A stretch of DNA of 64,000 nt from an uncultured delta proteobacterium (GTDB lineage: Bacteria; Desulfobacterota; Binatia; HRBIN30; BPIQ01). The position numbers were made by a program, and so were the translations under genes. Under the pieces are notes generated by a model, which searched no databases, was not told the origin of the DNA, and saw nothing but the letters and a program-made list of their open reading frames with translations. The stretch spans positions 32,001 to 96,000 of the forward strand of contig CAVXGR010000021.1 in NCBI GenBank assembly GCA_963761335.1, written 5' to 3'. Shown here piece by piece: positions 13,329 to 25,355 of the stretch. Within the stretch, counting starts at the first letter, position 1; each line of letters begins with the position of its first letter.

Positions 13329-14677
13329 CACCGTCCTCCATTTGCGTCTGTGCGCCGCCGGCGCGCCGCGCCGTCGGTCTCGGGAAAGCGGCAGCGCACC
13401 GCGGCCGCGTGCGCCTGGTAGCCTTCCAGCTCGGCCAGGCGGATGACCGAGGGCCCCAGTCGCCGCAAGCCCTGTCGCGAGGCGAAGATGATGCTGGTGC
13501 GCTTGACGAAGTCGTAGACGCCGAGCGGCGAGAAGAAGCGCGCCGTGCCGCCGGTGGGCAGGACGTGGTTCGGACCGGCGAGATAGTCGCCCAGAGGTGC
13601 CGGCGCGAAGGCGCCGAGAAAGATGGCGCCGGCGTTGTGCAGCTGTGTGGCCCAACGCTGTGCGTTGCGCACCATCAGCTCCAGATGCTCCGGGGCGACC
13701 TCGTCGGCGAGGCGGATGGCCTCCGCCAGGTTGCGGACGACCACCAGCGCGGCGCGGCGCCGCAGCACGCGGGTGATGTCGCGGCGTCGCGGTAGCCTTT
13801 GCAGCTGCCGATCGATGCTCTGCTGCACGGCGACAGCCAGGCGCCGCGACGGCGTCAGCAGCACGGCGCACTCGTCGCCGCTGCCGTGCTCGGCCTGTGC
13901 CAGCAGATCGGCGGCGACGTAGGCAGCGGGTGCGGAGGCGTCGGCGATCACCAGGACCTCGCTGGGACCGGCGATGCTGTCGATATCGACGGTGCCGTAG
14001 ACCTGCTTCTTGGCGGCCTGCACCCAGGCATTTCCGGGCCCGACGATCTTGTCGACGCGCGGCACGGTGTCGGTGCCGAAGGCGAGCGCCGCCACCGCCT
14101 GCGCACCGCCGATGCGATACACGGCGGTCGCCCCGGCGATGCGCGCCGCCGCCAGCACCGCGGGATTGGCGCCGTCGCGCTGCGGCGGCGTGACCATGAT
14201 GATCTCCGACACTCCGGCGACCCGCGCCGGGACGATGTTCATCAGCACCGAGGACGGGTATGCTGCATGGCCTCCCGGCACGTAGACGCCGACGCGGCGC
14301 AGGGGAGAGATCTCCTGCCCGAGGATCAGCCCGGCGGCGTCGCGGTAGCGCCAGGACGGCTGCCGCTGCTGGCGGTGGAAGGTGGCGATGCGGCGGGCCG
14401 CGAGACGCAGGTCGCGGCGGGTCGCCGCCGGCAGCTGGCGCTCGGCGCCGTCGAGCTCGGCGTCGGCGACGCGCAGGTCGGCGGCGCGCAGCGAGACGCC
14501 GTCGAAACGCCGGGTGAAGGACAGCAGGGCGCCATCGCCGCTGCGCCTGACGGCGCGGAGAATTTCGGCGACCTGCGAATCGATCTCTGCACCGCCCTGC
14601 GTTCCGCGATTGCGAATCCGCGCGAAGCTCTTGGCGAAGCCTGCATCGCCGGTGGACAGGATCGGGACGAGTGGCAT
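13328..14677 (-). CDS. hisD: Histidinol dehydrogenase
   Basis: GVYVPGG, IVGPGN, IAGPSE, AQAEH, APEHLEL, GPNHVLPT; alternative GTG start at 14686. Confidence 0.97.
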   Translation of the reverse strand: MPLVPILSTGDAGFAKSFARIRNRGTQGGAEIDSQVAEILRAVRRSGDGALLSFTRRFDGVSLRAADLRVADAELDGAERQLPAATRRDLRLAARRIATFHRQQRQPSWRYRDAAGLILGQEISPLRRVGVYVPGGHAAYPSSVLMNIVPARVAGVSEIIMVTPPQRDGANPAVLAAARIAGATAVYRIGGAQAVAALAFGTDTVPRVDKIVGPGNAWVQAAKKQVYGTVDIDSIAGPSEVLVIADASAPAAYVAADLLAQAEHGSGDECAVLLTPSRRLAVAVQQSIDRQLQRLPRRRDITRVLRRRAALVVVRNLAEAIRLADEVAPEHLELMVRNAQRWATQLHNAGAIFLGAFAPAPLGDYLAGPNHVLPTGGTARFFSPLGVYDFVKRTSIIFASRQGLRRLGPSVIRLAELEGYQAHAAAVRCRFPETDGAARRRRTDANGGR

Positions 14678-14682
14678 CGACG

Positions 14683-15596
14683 TCACCTCCCTGGTGTCGC
14701 TTGCGCCGGCGACTCGGGCAGGCGCGCCAGGATGGCTCGCGGCAGACCGGCATCGTCGCTCCGTACCTCGATCCGCTCGAAGCCGAGAGCGGCGATCCGC
14801 CGCGCCGCCGGCTCAGCCTGATCGCTGCCGATCTCCAGGGCCAGCCATCCCCCCGGCTGTAGCCAGTGCCGGCAGCCCGTGGCGACGGCGGCGATGCACT
14901 CGAGCCCGTCCGCGCCTCCCGCGAGCGCCAGGCGCGGCTCCCAGACCGCCACCTCGGGCTCGAGAAGGTCGAGATCGCCGCGGCGGATGTAGGGCGGGTT
15001 GGAGACGACCACGTCGAAGCGCCGACGGAACGCGACGGTGTGCAGGTCGGCGCGCGCGAAGCGAACACGTCCCGCCAGCCGCAGGCGCTCGGCGTTGAGG
15101 CGAGCAATGGCGAGCGCCGGTGCTGAGACGTCGATGGCGGTGATCGCTACGTCGGGGCGCTCCCGAGCCACCGCCAGGGCGATACAGCCGCTGCCGGTGC
15201 CGACGTCGAGCAGCGCCGACGGGCACGGAGGCAGGTGCGCGAGCGCCAGGCGCACCAGCAGCTCCGTCTCCGGCCGCGGAATGAGGGTGTCGCGGGTCAC
15301 CTGCAGGGAAAGCGACCAGAACTCCTTTTCTCCGAGGATGTACGCCAGCGGCTCGCGCCGCAGCCGGCGGGTCATCAGGTCCCGGAAGCGCAGGGCGACC
15401 TCTTCCGTCATCGGATCGCGCAGGCGCGCCAGGGCTCCCGCCCGCGAGGTCCCGAGGGCGCGGGCCAGGAGCAGCTCGGCGTCGAGGCGGGCCGAGTCCA
15501 CTCCGGCGCGCGCCAGGCGAGCCTCGGCCCCGGCGAGGATATTGGCGCCGGTGCGCGTGGAGCCGCGGGCGGACGCCATCGGTGTCGCCGTCTCCA

Positions 15597-15597
<1 letters not shown>
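14683..15597 (-). CDS. prmC: Release factor glutamine methyltransferase
   Basis: EPLAYILG, LIPRPETE, DVGTGSG, SNPPY. Confidence 0.96.
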
Positions 15598-16658
<1,061 letters not shown>

Positions 16659-16672
16659 GGGTTCCTCGGATC

Positions 16673-16709
16673 AAAAAAAAAGGGCGCAGGGGCCGCCCCC
16701 TTCGCCCTT
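16673..16709 (-). terminator. Intrinsic terminator after rpmE
   Basis: AAGGGCGAAGGGGGCGGCCCCTGCGCCC hairpin followed by a long T run on the minus strand. Confidence 0.8.
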
Positions 16710-16732
16710 CGATCCAGGCGGAACGGAGAGAC

Positions 16733-16954
16733 TCAGCCCTCGGTCGCTTCTTCCTGCTTCAGTCCGTACTTGCGGCGGAACCGCTCGACGCGTCCGGCGG
16801 TGTCCACCAGCTTCTGCTTGCCGGTGTAGAACGGATGGCAGGCGGAGCAGATTTCGACGTGAATCGTGGGCACCGTGGAGCGGGTCTCGATGACGCTGCC
16901 GCAGGCGCAGACGATCTTGGCCGCTTCGTACTTGGGATGGATTTTCTCTCTCAT
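16733..16954 (-). CDS. rpmE: 50S ribosomal protein L31 (Zn-binding type A)
   Basis: IHPKY...CACG...[13 protein letters not shown]...GRVERF. Confidence 0.97.
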   Translation of the reverse strand: MREKIHPKYEAAKIVCACGSVIETRSTVPTIHVEICSACHPFYTGKQKLVDTAGRVERFRRKYGLKQEEATEG

Positions 16955-17034
16955 AATCAACTCTCTCGGGGACTGAATCGTATAACACCGGGGCATGCCG
17001 GCTGCAAGGTGGGGGTTTCCAGGGTCGTGGGGGA

Positions 17035-17139
17035 AGTTGTCGGGTTGTCTGGTTGTCGGGTTCTGGGTTGGGGTGGGACAGTCGCCAGAGGTCCAACCCG
17101 GTAACCCGGTAACCCGACAACTCGATAACCCGGTAACTC
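17035..17139. repeat. Inverted arrays of degenerate 8-bp tandem repeats
   Basis: Left arm of GGTTGTCG-like units; right arm of (C/T)AAC(C/T)CG(G/A) units, six copies. Confidence 0.8.
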
Positions 17140-17143
17140 CGAA

Positions 17144-18628
<1,485 letters not shown>

Positions 18629-18643
18629 GTCCCTCCGCAGGTG

Positions 18644-19639
18644 CTAGCGGCGCGCTCGCCGCATGCGCAGGCCGGTGTAGGCGAGGCTGGCGAGCAGGAG
18701 AGCGCCGAGAACCATTGCCCAAGGCGACAGTGCCGGCGCCAGCGAGCCGGTTCGGCCGGCTTCGCAGGCGATGAAGACAGTGACGTCGTTACTTTGGAGC
18801 TGCGGCTGACATGCGGTGCACACGCCGCCGTCGTCGTTGTCGCACTCGCTGTCCGTGTTGCAGCCGTTGCCGGTGTTCGTGCCCGCGGTGCAGATGCCGC
18901 TTTCGCAGTCGCCGTTCGGACAGTCGGAGCTACCCGTGCAGGCAGCTCCGGGGTCGTCACTGCCGGCCGTGCAGACGCCGGGGAAAGTGAACGGTCCGGC
19001 GAACGCAAGGACGTAGTAGTTGCCGGTTGGGGGAATGAAGCTGGCCTGACCGGTGGCCATTTCGCCAGAGGCGAGGGGAGGGATCAAGCAAGTGGCTTCC
19101 CCAAGGCCCCCCGCACAGACCAAGCCCGTGATGTCGGAGGCGGTGGATCCGAGGGCCTGGAGCGCCGCACCGTCGCCCAGCTGGAACTGACACACCGTGC
19201 CGCTGCCTTGCCTCTCACAGTGTACGCGTCCGTTGGTTCCGCTGCCGAAGCTGCTGCCGGCGAAGGTGTCCCCCGACTCGCTGGGGAAGTTGCAGATGAC
19301 CGAGGCGCCTTCGACATGGCACTCGGTCCCGCTGGGAACTGTCACGGCTTCGCCGGAGCAGGCTGACTGGAACAGGCCGGTCAGAAAATCGGTGAATGAG
19401 TTGTTCGGATCGCTGTTGGGGTCGGCCTGGAGGTCTTGCGCTGTGACCGCGCCGATCAGCGCCTCCTGCTCCGGCATCGGGCAGGCGCTCTGGTTGGTCA
19501 CCTTGAAGGAGACGGTGATCGGCTGTCCGGGCGCTCCGGGCGAGATACTGAGGATCTGGATCTGCGTGCAGCCCATACAGGTTACTGCCCCAACGGAGAT
19601 GATCCCGAGGCGAACCGCAACTCCCCATATTCTGCGCAT
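18644..19639 (-). CDS. Secreted Cys-rich protein with C-terminal IPTL-CTERM-like sorting segment
   Basis: Signal/lipobox-like N-terminus, two C-x-x-G...C...D-C repeats, C-terminal APALSPWAMVLGALLLASLAYTGLRMRRARR (motif, TM helix, basic tail). Confidence 0.7.
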   Translation of the reverse strand: MRRIWGVAVRLGIISVGAVTCMGCTQIQILSISPGAPGQPITVSFKVTNQSACPMPEQEALIGAVTAQDLQADPNSDPNNSFTDFLTGLFQSACSGEAVTVPSGTECHVEGASVICNFPSESGDTFAGSSFGSGTNGRVHCERQGSGTVCQFQLGDGAALQALGSTASDITGLVCAGGLGEATCLIPPLASGEMATGQASFIPPTGNYYVLAFAGPFTFPGVCTAGSDDPGAACTGSSDCPNGDCESGICTAGTNTGNGCNTDSECDNDDGGVCTACQPQLQSNDVTVFIACEAGRTGSLAPALSPWAMVLGALLLASLAYTGLRMRRARR

Positions 19640-19790
19640 GTTGGCCCTCCTGCTGTCTGTCGCGCGATCTGTCGCGGACGGGCTCTTCCTGGCGGAAATG
19701 GTGCCAAGAATCAAGGGCAAAACACGGGTGCCCACCGGGAGGGTGGGTCTCTGGCGAGCCGGCTTCCGCGACTCGCCTCTGTCCGGGCGC

Positions 19791-20246
19791 TCAGGCGACC
19801 TCGGCGGTGCCCTGGTAGGTGTGCTCGGCGATGACGCTCCAGCGGTCGCGATAGCGCGCGTAGCGACCCCGGTACGGCTTGCCCGAGCCATGCAGGCTGA
19901 AGGTCGGACCGGTCACCGCGGTGGCGGGAATGACGTAGGTCTCGTCTTCACTGCGACGCTGCTTGGCAATGCAGACGAAGATATCGCAATACGGTTTGTC
20001 CCACTGCCCGTGGCGGTGGAAGTTGAAGTTCCAGCTGCTGTAATCGTAGGCATAGCGCTTACCACCCACGGTTACGGTATGCGTATAACAGCCGGGATAG
20101 GCTACCCGCAGAGCAACGCGGGTGCGGCCGTTGACCAGCAGGTCGTAGCGGCCAGTGTCGCTGGCCTCGGAGACCACGAGGCCCATACGTTTCAGACGCT
20201 GCGCCACCGCGCTGCGCGCCGCTGAGTGTTTGGTCTGGCGATTCAT
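19791..20246 (-). CDS. Hypothetical protein with a degenerate PD-(D/E)XK-like fold
   Basis: AVAQRLKRMGLVV...YDLLVNG-RVALRVA...DIFVCI...YVIP pattern. Confidence 0.6.
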   Translation of the reverse strand: MNRQTKHSAARSAVAQRLKRMGLVVSEASDTGRYDLLVNGRTRVALRVAYPGCYTHTVTVGGKRYAYDYSSWNFNFHRHGQWDKPYCDIFVCIAKQRRSEDETYVIPATAVTGPTFSLHGSGKPYRGRYARYRDRWSVIAEHTYQGTAEVA

Positions 20247-20422
20247 GCCTTGCGGCCTCTCGCCGAGAGCCGAATCAACCGCCGGGAACCACTTCCCCGG
20301 CCCTCCTCACCCCCTCAACGTCGACGACCCATGCAAGATTGGGGAGAGACCTGTCAACTGTATACCGCTGGCCGCGTGCAGGCGCAATGCTCGTTTGCGC
20401 GCCGCCGGGTGCGGCGCTGCTG

Positions 20423-21193
20423 CTAGGGTAGGGCGCGGGCGATATATCCGCTGTGACGCTTGGCGTCATACGGACCCCGCCAGAGTTTTGCATGACACGG
20501 CGGCACCACGCCGTCGGCGTAAAAGCCGCCGTCGGCGTCGAGCAGGGCCTGATAGTTCGGGTTCTCCTGACCCCCGACGGGTTGGATCTCCTCGCCGGCA
20601 TTCTGGTCCCAATCGCCGTCGGCGCGCCAGCGGTTCGCCTCGGCATCATAGACCCACGGGCGCGCATCATAGATCGCCACCCGCTCGAGGCCTTTTGCCG
20701 CTCTTCGCGTCCAGATGCGGCGTAGACGTACCTCGCGCACGCTGTACGACCAGCAGTTGGGCTGCACCTGAGTGCGCAGGTTGGAGCGCGGATCGATCGA
20801 TATCGCCTGGCGCAGCAGCTCCTCCATGTGCGCGTCGCGCTCCGCCGCCGGCAGCGGCAGCATACCGACGCCGGTGAGCACGTCCTCGAGCAGGTACGGA
20901 TCGAGAGTGATCGCCTCGCGGTAGGCCTCGAGGGCCGTCGCGACCTGTCCCGACTGCCCCAGCAGGTTGCCGAGCGTCAGCAGGCGAGCGGCGTCGTGCA
21001 GGGGGCCGCGCTGCGCCGCCGGGGCGTCGTAGAAGGCCTGCTGGACCAACCACCTCTGGGCGCTGGCGGCGGCCGGGTAATTACCGGCGTCGCGGTTCTG
21101 CTCGACCAGCTGCTGGTGTCTCTCCCAGGCGGAGGTGCAGCTGCTCAGGGCGACCGCCGCGAGAACCAGACAGATCCAACCACCACCGCGCAT
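20423..21193 (-). CDS. Hypothetical lipoprotein with TPR-like repeat
   Basis: Lipobox LSSC; LGNLLGQSGQVATALEAYREAITLDP. Confidence 0.65.
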   Translation of the reverse strand: MRGGGWICLVLAAVALSSCTSAWERHQQLVEQNRDAGNYPAAASAQRWLVQQAFYDAPAAQRGPLHDAARLLTLGNLLGQSGQVATALEAYREAITLDPYLLEDVLTGVGMLPLPAAERDAHMEELLRQAISIDPRSNLRTQVQPNCWSYSVREVRLRRIWTRRAAKGLERVAIYDARPWVYDAEANRWRADGDWDQNAGEEIQPVGGQENPNYQALLDADGGFYADGVVPPCHAKLWRGPYDAKRHSGYIARALP

Positions 21194-21266
21194 CGAGGTG
21201 GCGCTTACACCCCTCCGGCGGTCAGTTGCAAGCGGCAAGCGGCGTGTTATCCTCCGCTCTTCCCCA

Positions 21267-22646
21267 ATGGCAACCAAGGTCTATCTCCAGAGTCTCGGCT
21301 GTGCCAAGAATCTCGTCGACAGCGAGATCATGCTCGGCCTGCTGGCGCGCGATGGCGCCGAGGTGGTGCTCGACCCGGAGGCGGCGGATGTCTACGTGGT
21401 GAACACCTGCGGCTTCATCGGTCCCGCCAAGGAGGAGTCCATCAACGCCATCCTGGAGCTGGCCCGCTACAAGGAGAATGATCCCGATCGCCGTCTGGTG
21501 GTCACCGGTTGCCTGGCGCAGCGCTATGGTGCCGAGCTGCGGGAGGCCCTGCCCGAGGTCGACGCCTTTCTCGGCACGGGCGACTTCGACCGCCTGCCGG
21601 AGGTGGTGCGCCAGCGGCGCCGGACCGACGCCTCGGGTTACGGCGGTGCGGCGCATCTGCTTCCCGACCTGAGCCTGCCGCGGCTGCGCACCGGCCCGTT
21701 CTACAGCGCCTATGTCAAGGTCTCCGAGGGCTGCAATCACCGCTGCTCGTTCTGCATCATTCCCAAGATTCGCGGCCGTCATCAGAGCCGCACGCTCGAG
21801 TCGATCGCCGCAGAGGTCCAAGCCCTGGCTGCCGACGGAGTGGTCGAGCTCAACCTCATCGCGCAGGATCTCACCGCCTTCGGCCGCGATCGCCGCGACG
21901 GCTCGACGCTGTCGGCGCTGCTGCGCCGACTGGCGAGAATCGACGGCATTCGCTGGATCCGCCTGCTCTACAACTATCCGAACTACGTCGACCGCGAGCT
22001 CTTGGAGACGATCGCCGCCGAGGAAAAGATCTGTTCGTACCTCGACATGCCCTTGCAGCACATCAGCGACCGCATGCTGCGGCAGATGCGCCGGGAGCGC
22101 AGCGGACAATCGGTGCGCAAGCTGATCGACCGCATCCGCGCGGCGGTTCCCGGAATCGCCCTACGCACCGTCTTCATCGTCGGCTTTCCGGGCGAGACGG
22201 ACGAGGATTTCGCCGAGCTGCGCGATTTCGTCGAGGAGACGGAGTTCGAGCGCGTCGGCGTCTTCGAGTACTCGCCGGAGGAAGGCACTGATTCCGCCAC
22301 CCTCGCAGGTGCCGTGCCGAAGCGCACGATGCGCAAGCGCTACCGGTCCCTGATGGAGGCGCAGGCGCGGGTTTCGCGGCGACTGAACCAGCGGCTGGTC
22401 GGCACGTTGCAGCCGGTGCTCATGTGCGGGGAGGACGATCGCGGCCGGACATTCGGGCGTCTGCCGACCCAGGCTCCGGACATCGACGGCGTCGTTCATC
22501 TGGCCGAGAAAGGGGAGCCGGGGCGGATCGAGTCAGTGCAGATCAGCGGAGCCGGGACCTACGACCTAAAGGGACACTTAGTCGAATCCGTTATTGACAC
22601 GACTGTGGATCGTCTTTACATTGCGCCTCCCGCTGCGGTGGGTTGA
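21267..22646 (+). CDS. rimO: Ribosomal protein S12 methylthiotransferase RimO
   Basis: SLGCAKNLVDSE, NTCGFI, CNHRCSFC radical SAM motif, APDIDG TRAM domain. Confidence 0.96.
   Translation: MATKVYLQSLGCAKNLVDSEIMLGLLARDGAEVVLDPEAADVYVVNTCGFIGPAKEESINAILELARYKENDPDRRLVVTGCLAQRYGAELREALPEVDAFLGTGDFDRLPEVVRQRRRTDASGYGGAAHLLPDLSLPRLRTGPFYSAYVKVSEGCNHRCSFCIIPKIRGRHQSRTLESIAAEVQALAADGVVELNLIAQDLTAFGRDRRDGSTLSALLRRLARIDGIRWIRLLYNYPNYVDRELLETIAAEEKICSYLDMPLQHISDRMLRQMRRERSGQSVRKLIDRIRAAVPGIALRTVFIVGFPGETDEDFAELRDFVEETEFERVGVFEYSPEEGTDSATLAGAVPKRTMRKRYRSLMEAQARVSRRLNQRLVGTLQPVLMCGEDDRGRTFGRLPTQAPDIDGVVHLAEKGEPGRIESVQISGAGTYDLKGHLVESVIDTTVDRLYIAPPAAVG
22594..22622 (+). promoter_or_regulatory. Near-consensus sigma70 promoter for dksA, inside the rimO 3' end
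   Basis: TTGACA-N17-TACATT. Confidence 0.7.
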
Positions 22647-22650
22647 ACCT

Positions 22651-23076
22651 ATGCGAAAAGCTTTTTTGAAGGCAGCACGCGAACGGCTCCAGGAGATACG
22701 CGCCCAGGTCATGCGCGAAATCGAGGACGATCTCAAAGAGGGACGCGAGGGTCACAAGGACGAAGGGATGGATACCTACGACCTCGCCAGCGAAGAGCGC
22801 GATCGCGAGATCAACTTCATCCTGAGCGACCGCGAGCGCGGCAAGGTCCAGGCGATCCAGGAAGCTCTGGAGCGCATCGACGAGGGCTCCTACGGCATCT
22901 GCGAGATGTGCGAGAGCGAGATCGCCGAAGGTCGCCTCGAAGCTCTGCCTTTCACCCGCCTCTGCGTCAGCTGTCAGCAGGAGCGCGAGAAGGAAGCGAA
23001 GCAGACTCGCCGGGCGGAAGACGACCGTGTCTATCGCAAGCTTGCCTCCACGGATCTCGACGAAGAGAACACCTGA
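22651..23076 (+). CDS. dksA: DksA/TraR family C4 zinc-finger regulator
   Basis: DTYDLAS coiled-coil tip, YGICEMC...RLEALPFTRLCVSC. Confidence 0.9.
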   Translation: MRKAFLKAARERLQEIRAQVMREIEDDLKEGREGHKDEGMDTYDLASEERDREINFILSDRERGKVQAIQEALERIDEGSYGICEMCESEIAEGRLEALPFTRLCVSCQQEREKEAKQTRRAEDDRVYRKLASTDLDEENT

Positions 23077-24385
23077 TTATCGGGCCGCTCTCGAGCGGCT
23101 CTTCTCGACGGCGGTCGCTGCCGTCGATCCCGAGGCGCTGGTCGCCGGCGCCCTGCACGTCACCGCCGGTCGCCTGGCGGTCGCCGGCGAGCAGGTGGGC
23201 CTCTGGCCGCTGCCGAGCGCCGTCCTCGGCGCCGGCAAGGCCGCAGCGCGGATGGCCCGCGGTGCGGAGCTCGTTCTCGGCGGGCGTGCCCGAGGCATCG
23301 TCGTCACCAGCGACGGCAATGATGTGCCGCTCGAACGGATCTCCTGCGACACCGCGGCGCATCCAATCCCAGATCGCCGCGGCCTGCGGGCGACGGCGGC
23401 GATCATCGCCCACGCCGAGGAGATCGGCTCGAGCGAGACTTGCCTCTTTCTCCTGAGCGGCGGGGCCTCGAGCCTGCTGGTCGAGCCGGCCGCGCCGCTT
23501 CGGCTGGAGGAGAAGATGGCCACCAACGAGCTTCTTCTTCTCTCCGGGGCTTCTATCGCCGAGATCAACGCGGTGCGTAAGCACCTCTCTGGAGTGAAAG
23601 GCGGTGGACTTCTGCGCCGCTGCCGCGGCCGAATGATCTCGCTGATTCTCTCCGATGTCATCGGCGACGATCCGAGCATCATCGGCTCGGGACCGACGAC
23701 TGCCGACCCGAGCACCTTCGCCGAGGCCCTCGAGGTGCTGCGGCGCTACGACCTCCTCGACCGCGTGCCTGAAACAGTCCGTGCCCGGCTCGAAGCCGGG
23801 GGGCGCGGCGAGCTGCCTGAGACGGTAAAGCCCGGGGACCTCGAGGCGAGGCGCGCCGTAAACGTGATTCTCGGCTCCAACCGCATCGCCCTCGAGGCAG
23901 CGGCGCGCCAGGCGGCGGCATGGGGCTGGGAGGTGCAACGGGAGGAATCCATGCTGGCGGGGGACACCGGCTCCGCGGCCGCGGCATTCGGCAGCCGCCT
24001 GTGCCAGGAGTGGGAGCGGTCGCGGCGAGATGGCCGGACGCGCTGCCTCCTCACCGGAGGCGAGACCACCGTGCAGGTCTCCGGCTCGGGCAGCGGCGGT
24101 CGCAACCAGGAGTTCGCGCTGGTGGTCGCCCACACCATTGCGGGTCTTCCGGTGACCCTCTTGAGTGCGGGCTCGGACGGCATCGACGGCCCCACGGATG
24201 TCGCCGGCGCCTTCGCCGATGGCTCGACCCTGGAGAGGGCTCGTGACCTCGGCCTCGACCTGCGGCAATCCCTTGCCGACAATGACTCCTATCCCGTGCT
24301 ACAGCGGCTCGGCGATCACTTTCGCCCGGGGAGCACGGGTACCAACGTCATGGATCTGAAGCTTGCCGTGATTCCGCCGCGCTGA
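23027..24385 (+). CDS. Glycerate 2-kinase (class II, DUF4147 + MOFRL)
   Basis: GAGKAA, HPIPD, LSGGASSL, VKGGGL, SDVIGD, GGETTV, GGRNQE, GTNVMD; start uncertain. Confidence 0.92.
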   Translation: MSIASLPPRISTKRTPDYRAALERLFSTAVAAVDPEALVAGALHVTAGRLAVAGEQVGLWPLPSAVLGAGKAAARMARGAELVLGGRARGIVVTSDGNDVPLERISCDTAAHPIPDRRGLRATAAIIAHAEEIGSSETCLFLLSGGASSLLVEPAAPLRLEEKMATNELLLLSGASIAEINAVRKHLSGVKGGGLLRRCRGRMISLILSDVIGDDPSIIGSGPTTADPSTFAEALEVLRRYDLLDRVPETVRARLEAGGRGELPETVKPGDLEARRAVNVILGSNRIALEAAARQAAAWGWEVQREESMLAGDTGSAAAAFGSRLCQEWERSRRDGRTRCLLTGGETTVQVSGSGSGGRNQEFALVVAHTIAGLPVTLLSAGSDGIDGPTDVAGAFADGSTLERARDLGLDLRQSLADNDSYPVLQRLGDHFRPGSTGTNVMDLKLAVIPPR

Positions 24386-24435
24386 GGCCGGGAGGCTAGC
24401 TGGTCGGGGCGGCGGGGGTGTGCTACCGTCGGCCG

Positions 24436-25173
24436 GTGCCCAGCGGTTATCTATCCGAGATCTTTGCATCTTTTCAGGGCGAGGGGCTTCGCGCCGGGGA
24501 GCGGCACGCCTTCGTTCGCCTGGCCGGATGCAATCTCCGCTGCGCCTATTGCGATACCCCGGACAGCCTCGAGCGGGTTGAGGGGTACTCCGTGTGGGAG
24601 CCCGATGGGTCGCTGAGGGGCCTGAACCCTATCTCGCCAGAGCAGCTCGACGCCGTTCTGATACCCTTCCTGCGGCGCCGCGGTCCCCTCGATGCCGTGG
24701 CGATCACGGGCGGCGAGCCCCTGATGCAGGCGCCATTTCTCGCCGACTGGCTCCGTCGCCTGCCTCCGAATCTACCTATCTTACTGGAAACCAACGGTGT
24801 TCTGCCCGCCGCCCTGGAGCGAGTGATCGACTGGGTCGACGTGGTCAGCATGGACGTCAAGCTGCCGTCCAACAGCGGCGAGCCGGCCTTCTGGGACGAG
24901 CACCGCGACTTCGTGGAGGTCGCCCGGCGCAAGCAGCTGTACGTGAAGATCCTGGTCGATTCCTCCACTGCGGGCGACGAGTTCGACCGCGCCGTCGACA
25001 TGCTCGCCGGCGTGGCGGCGGGAGTGCCGCTGTTCGTACAGCCGATCGTGGATGCCGAGGGTGCTCTGCAGGCCTCCGAGGACGACCTGGAGCGGTTCTA
25101 TTCAGCCGCCCGAAGGGGGCTGTCGCAAGTGCGTATGCTCCCGCAGATCCACAAGTTTCTTGGAATCCGATGA
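24436..25173 (+). CDS. queE: 7-carboxy-7-deazaguanine synthase QueE-like radical SAM protein
   Basis: EIFASFQGEG, FVRLAGCNLRCAYCDT, TGGEPL, LETNG, PQIHK. Confidence 0.88.
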   Translation: MPSGYLSEIFASFQGEGLRAGERHAFVRLAGCNLRCAYCDTPDSLERVEGYSVWEPDGSLRGLNPISPEQLDAVLIPFLRRRGPLDAVAITGGEPLMQAPFLADWLRRLPPNLPILLETNGVLPAALERVIDWVDVVSMDVKLPSNSGEPAFWDEHRDFVEVARRKQLYVKILVDSSTAGDEFDRAVDMLAGVAAGVPLFVQPIVDAEGALQASEDDLERFYSAARRGLSQVRMLPQIHKFLGIR

Positions 25174-25283
25174 GCCCATTAGGGCGGCATCTGGCGTGTG
25201 TATAACGATGTTCGTGCCACTTGATTGGGCGACAGCCGGGCGATGGCGGGTGGTCCGTCGGCGGGCAAAAGCGGCCTTTCTTC

Positions 25284-25313
25284 TTGACATTTTTTTGCGT
25301 ACCGGCCTATAAG
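25284..25313 (+). promoter_or_regulatory. Putative sigma70 promoter of thrB-folE
   Basis: TTGACA-N18-TATAAG in an AT-rich intergenic region. Confidence 0.55.
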
Positions 25314-25355
25314 TGCTTGTCATTATTTGTAATTTGGCTCGGCTGACGGTTCGGC

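Noticed and set aside
17035..17139. CRISPR array (also considered for 63514-63601)
   Set aside because: 8-bp contiguous units with no unique spacers and no cas genes
25204..25219. sigma54 promoter TGGCACG on the minus strand
   Set aside because: The -12 element reads TCGT rather than TTGC, and it points antisense into queE
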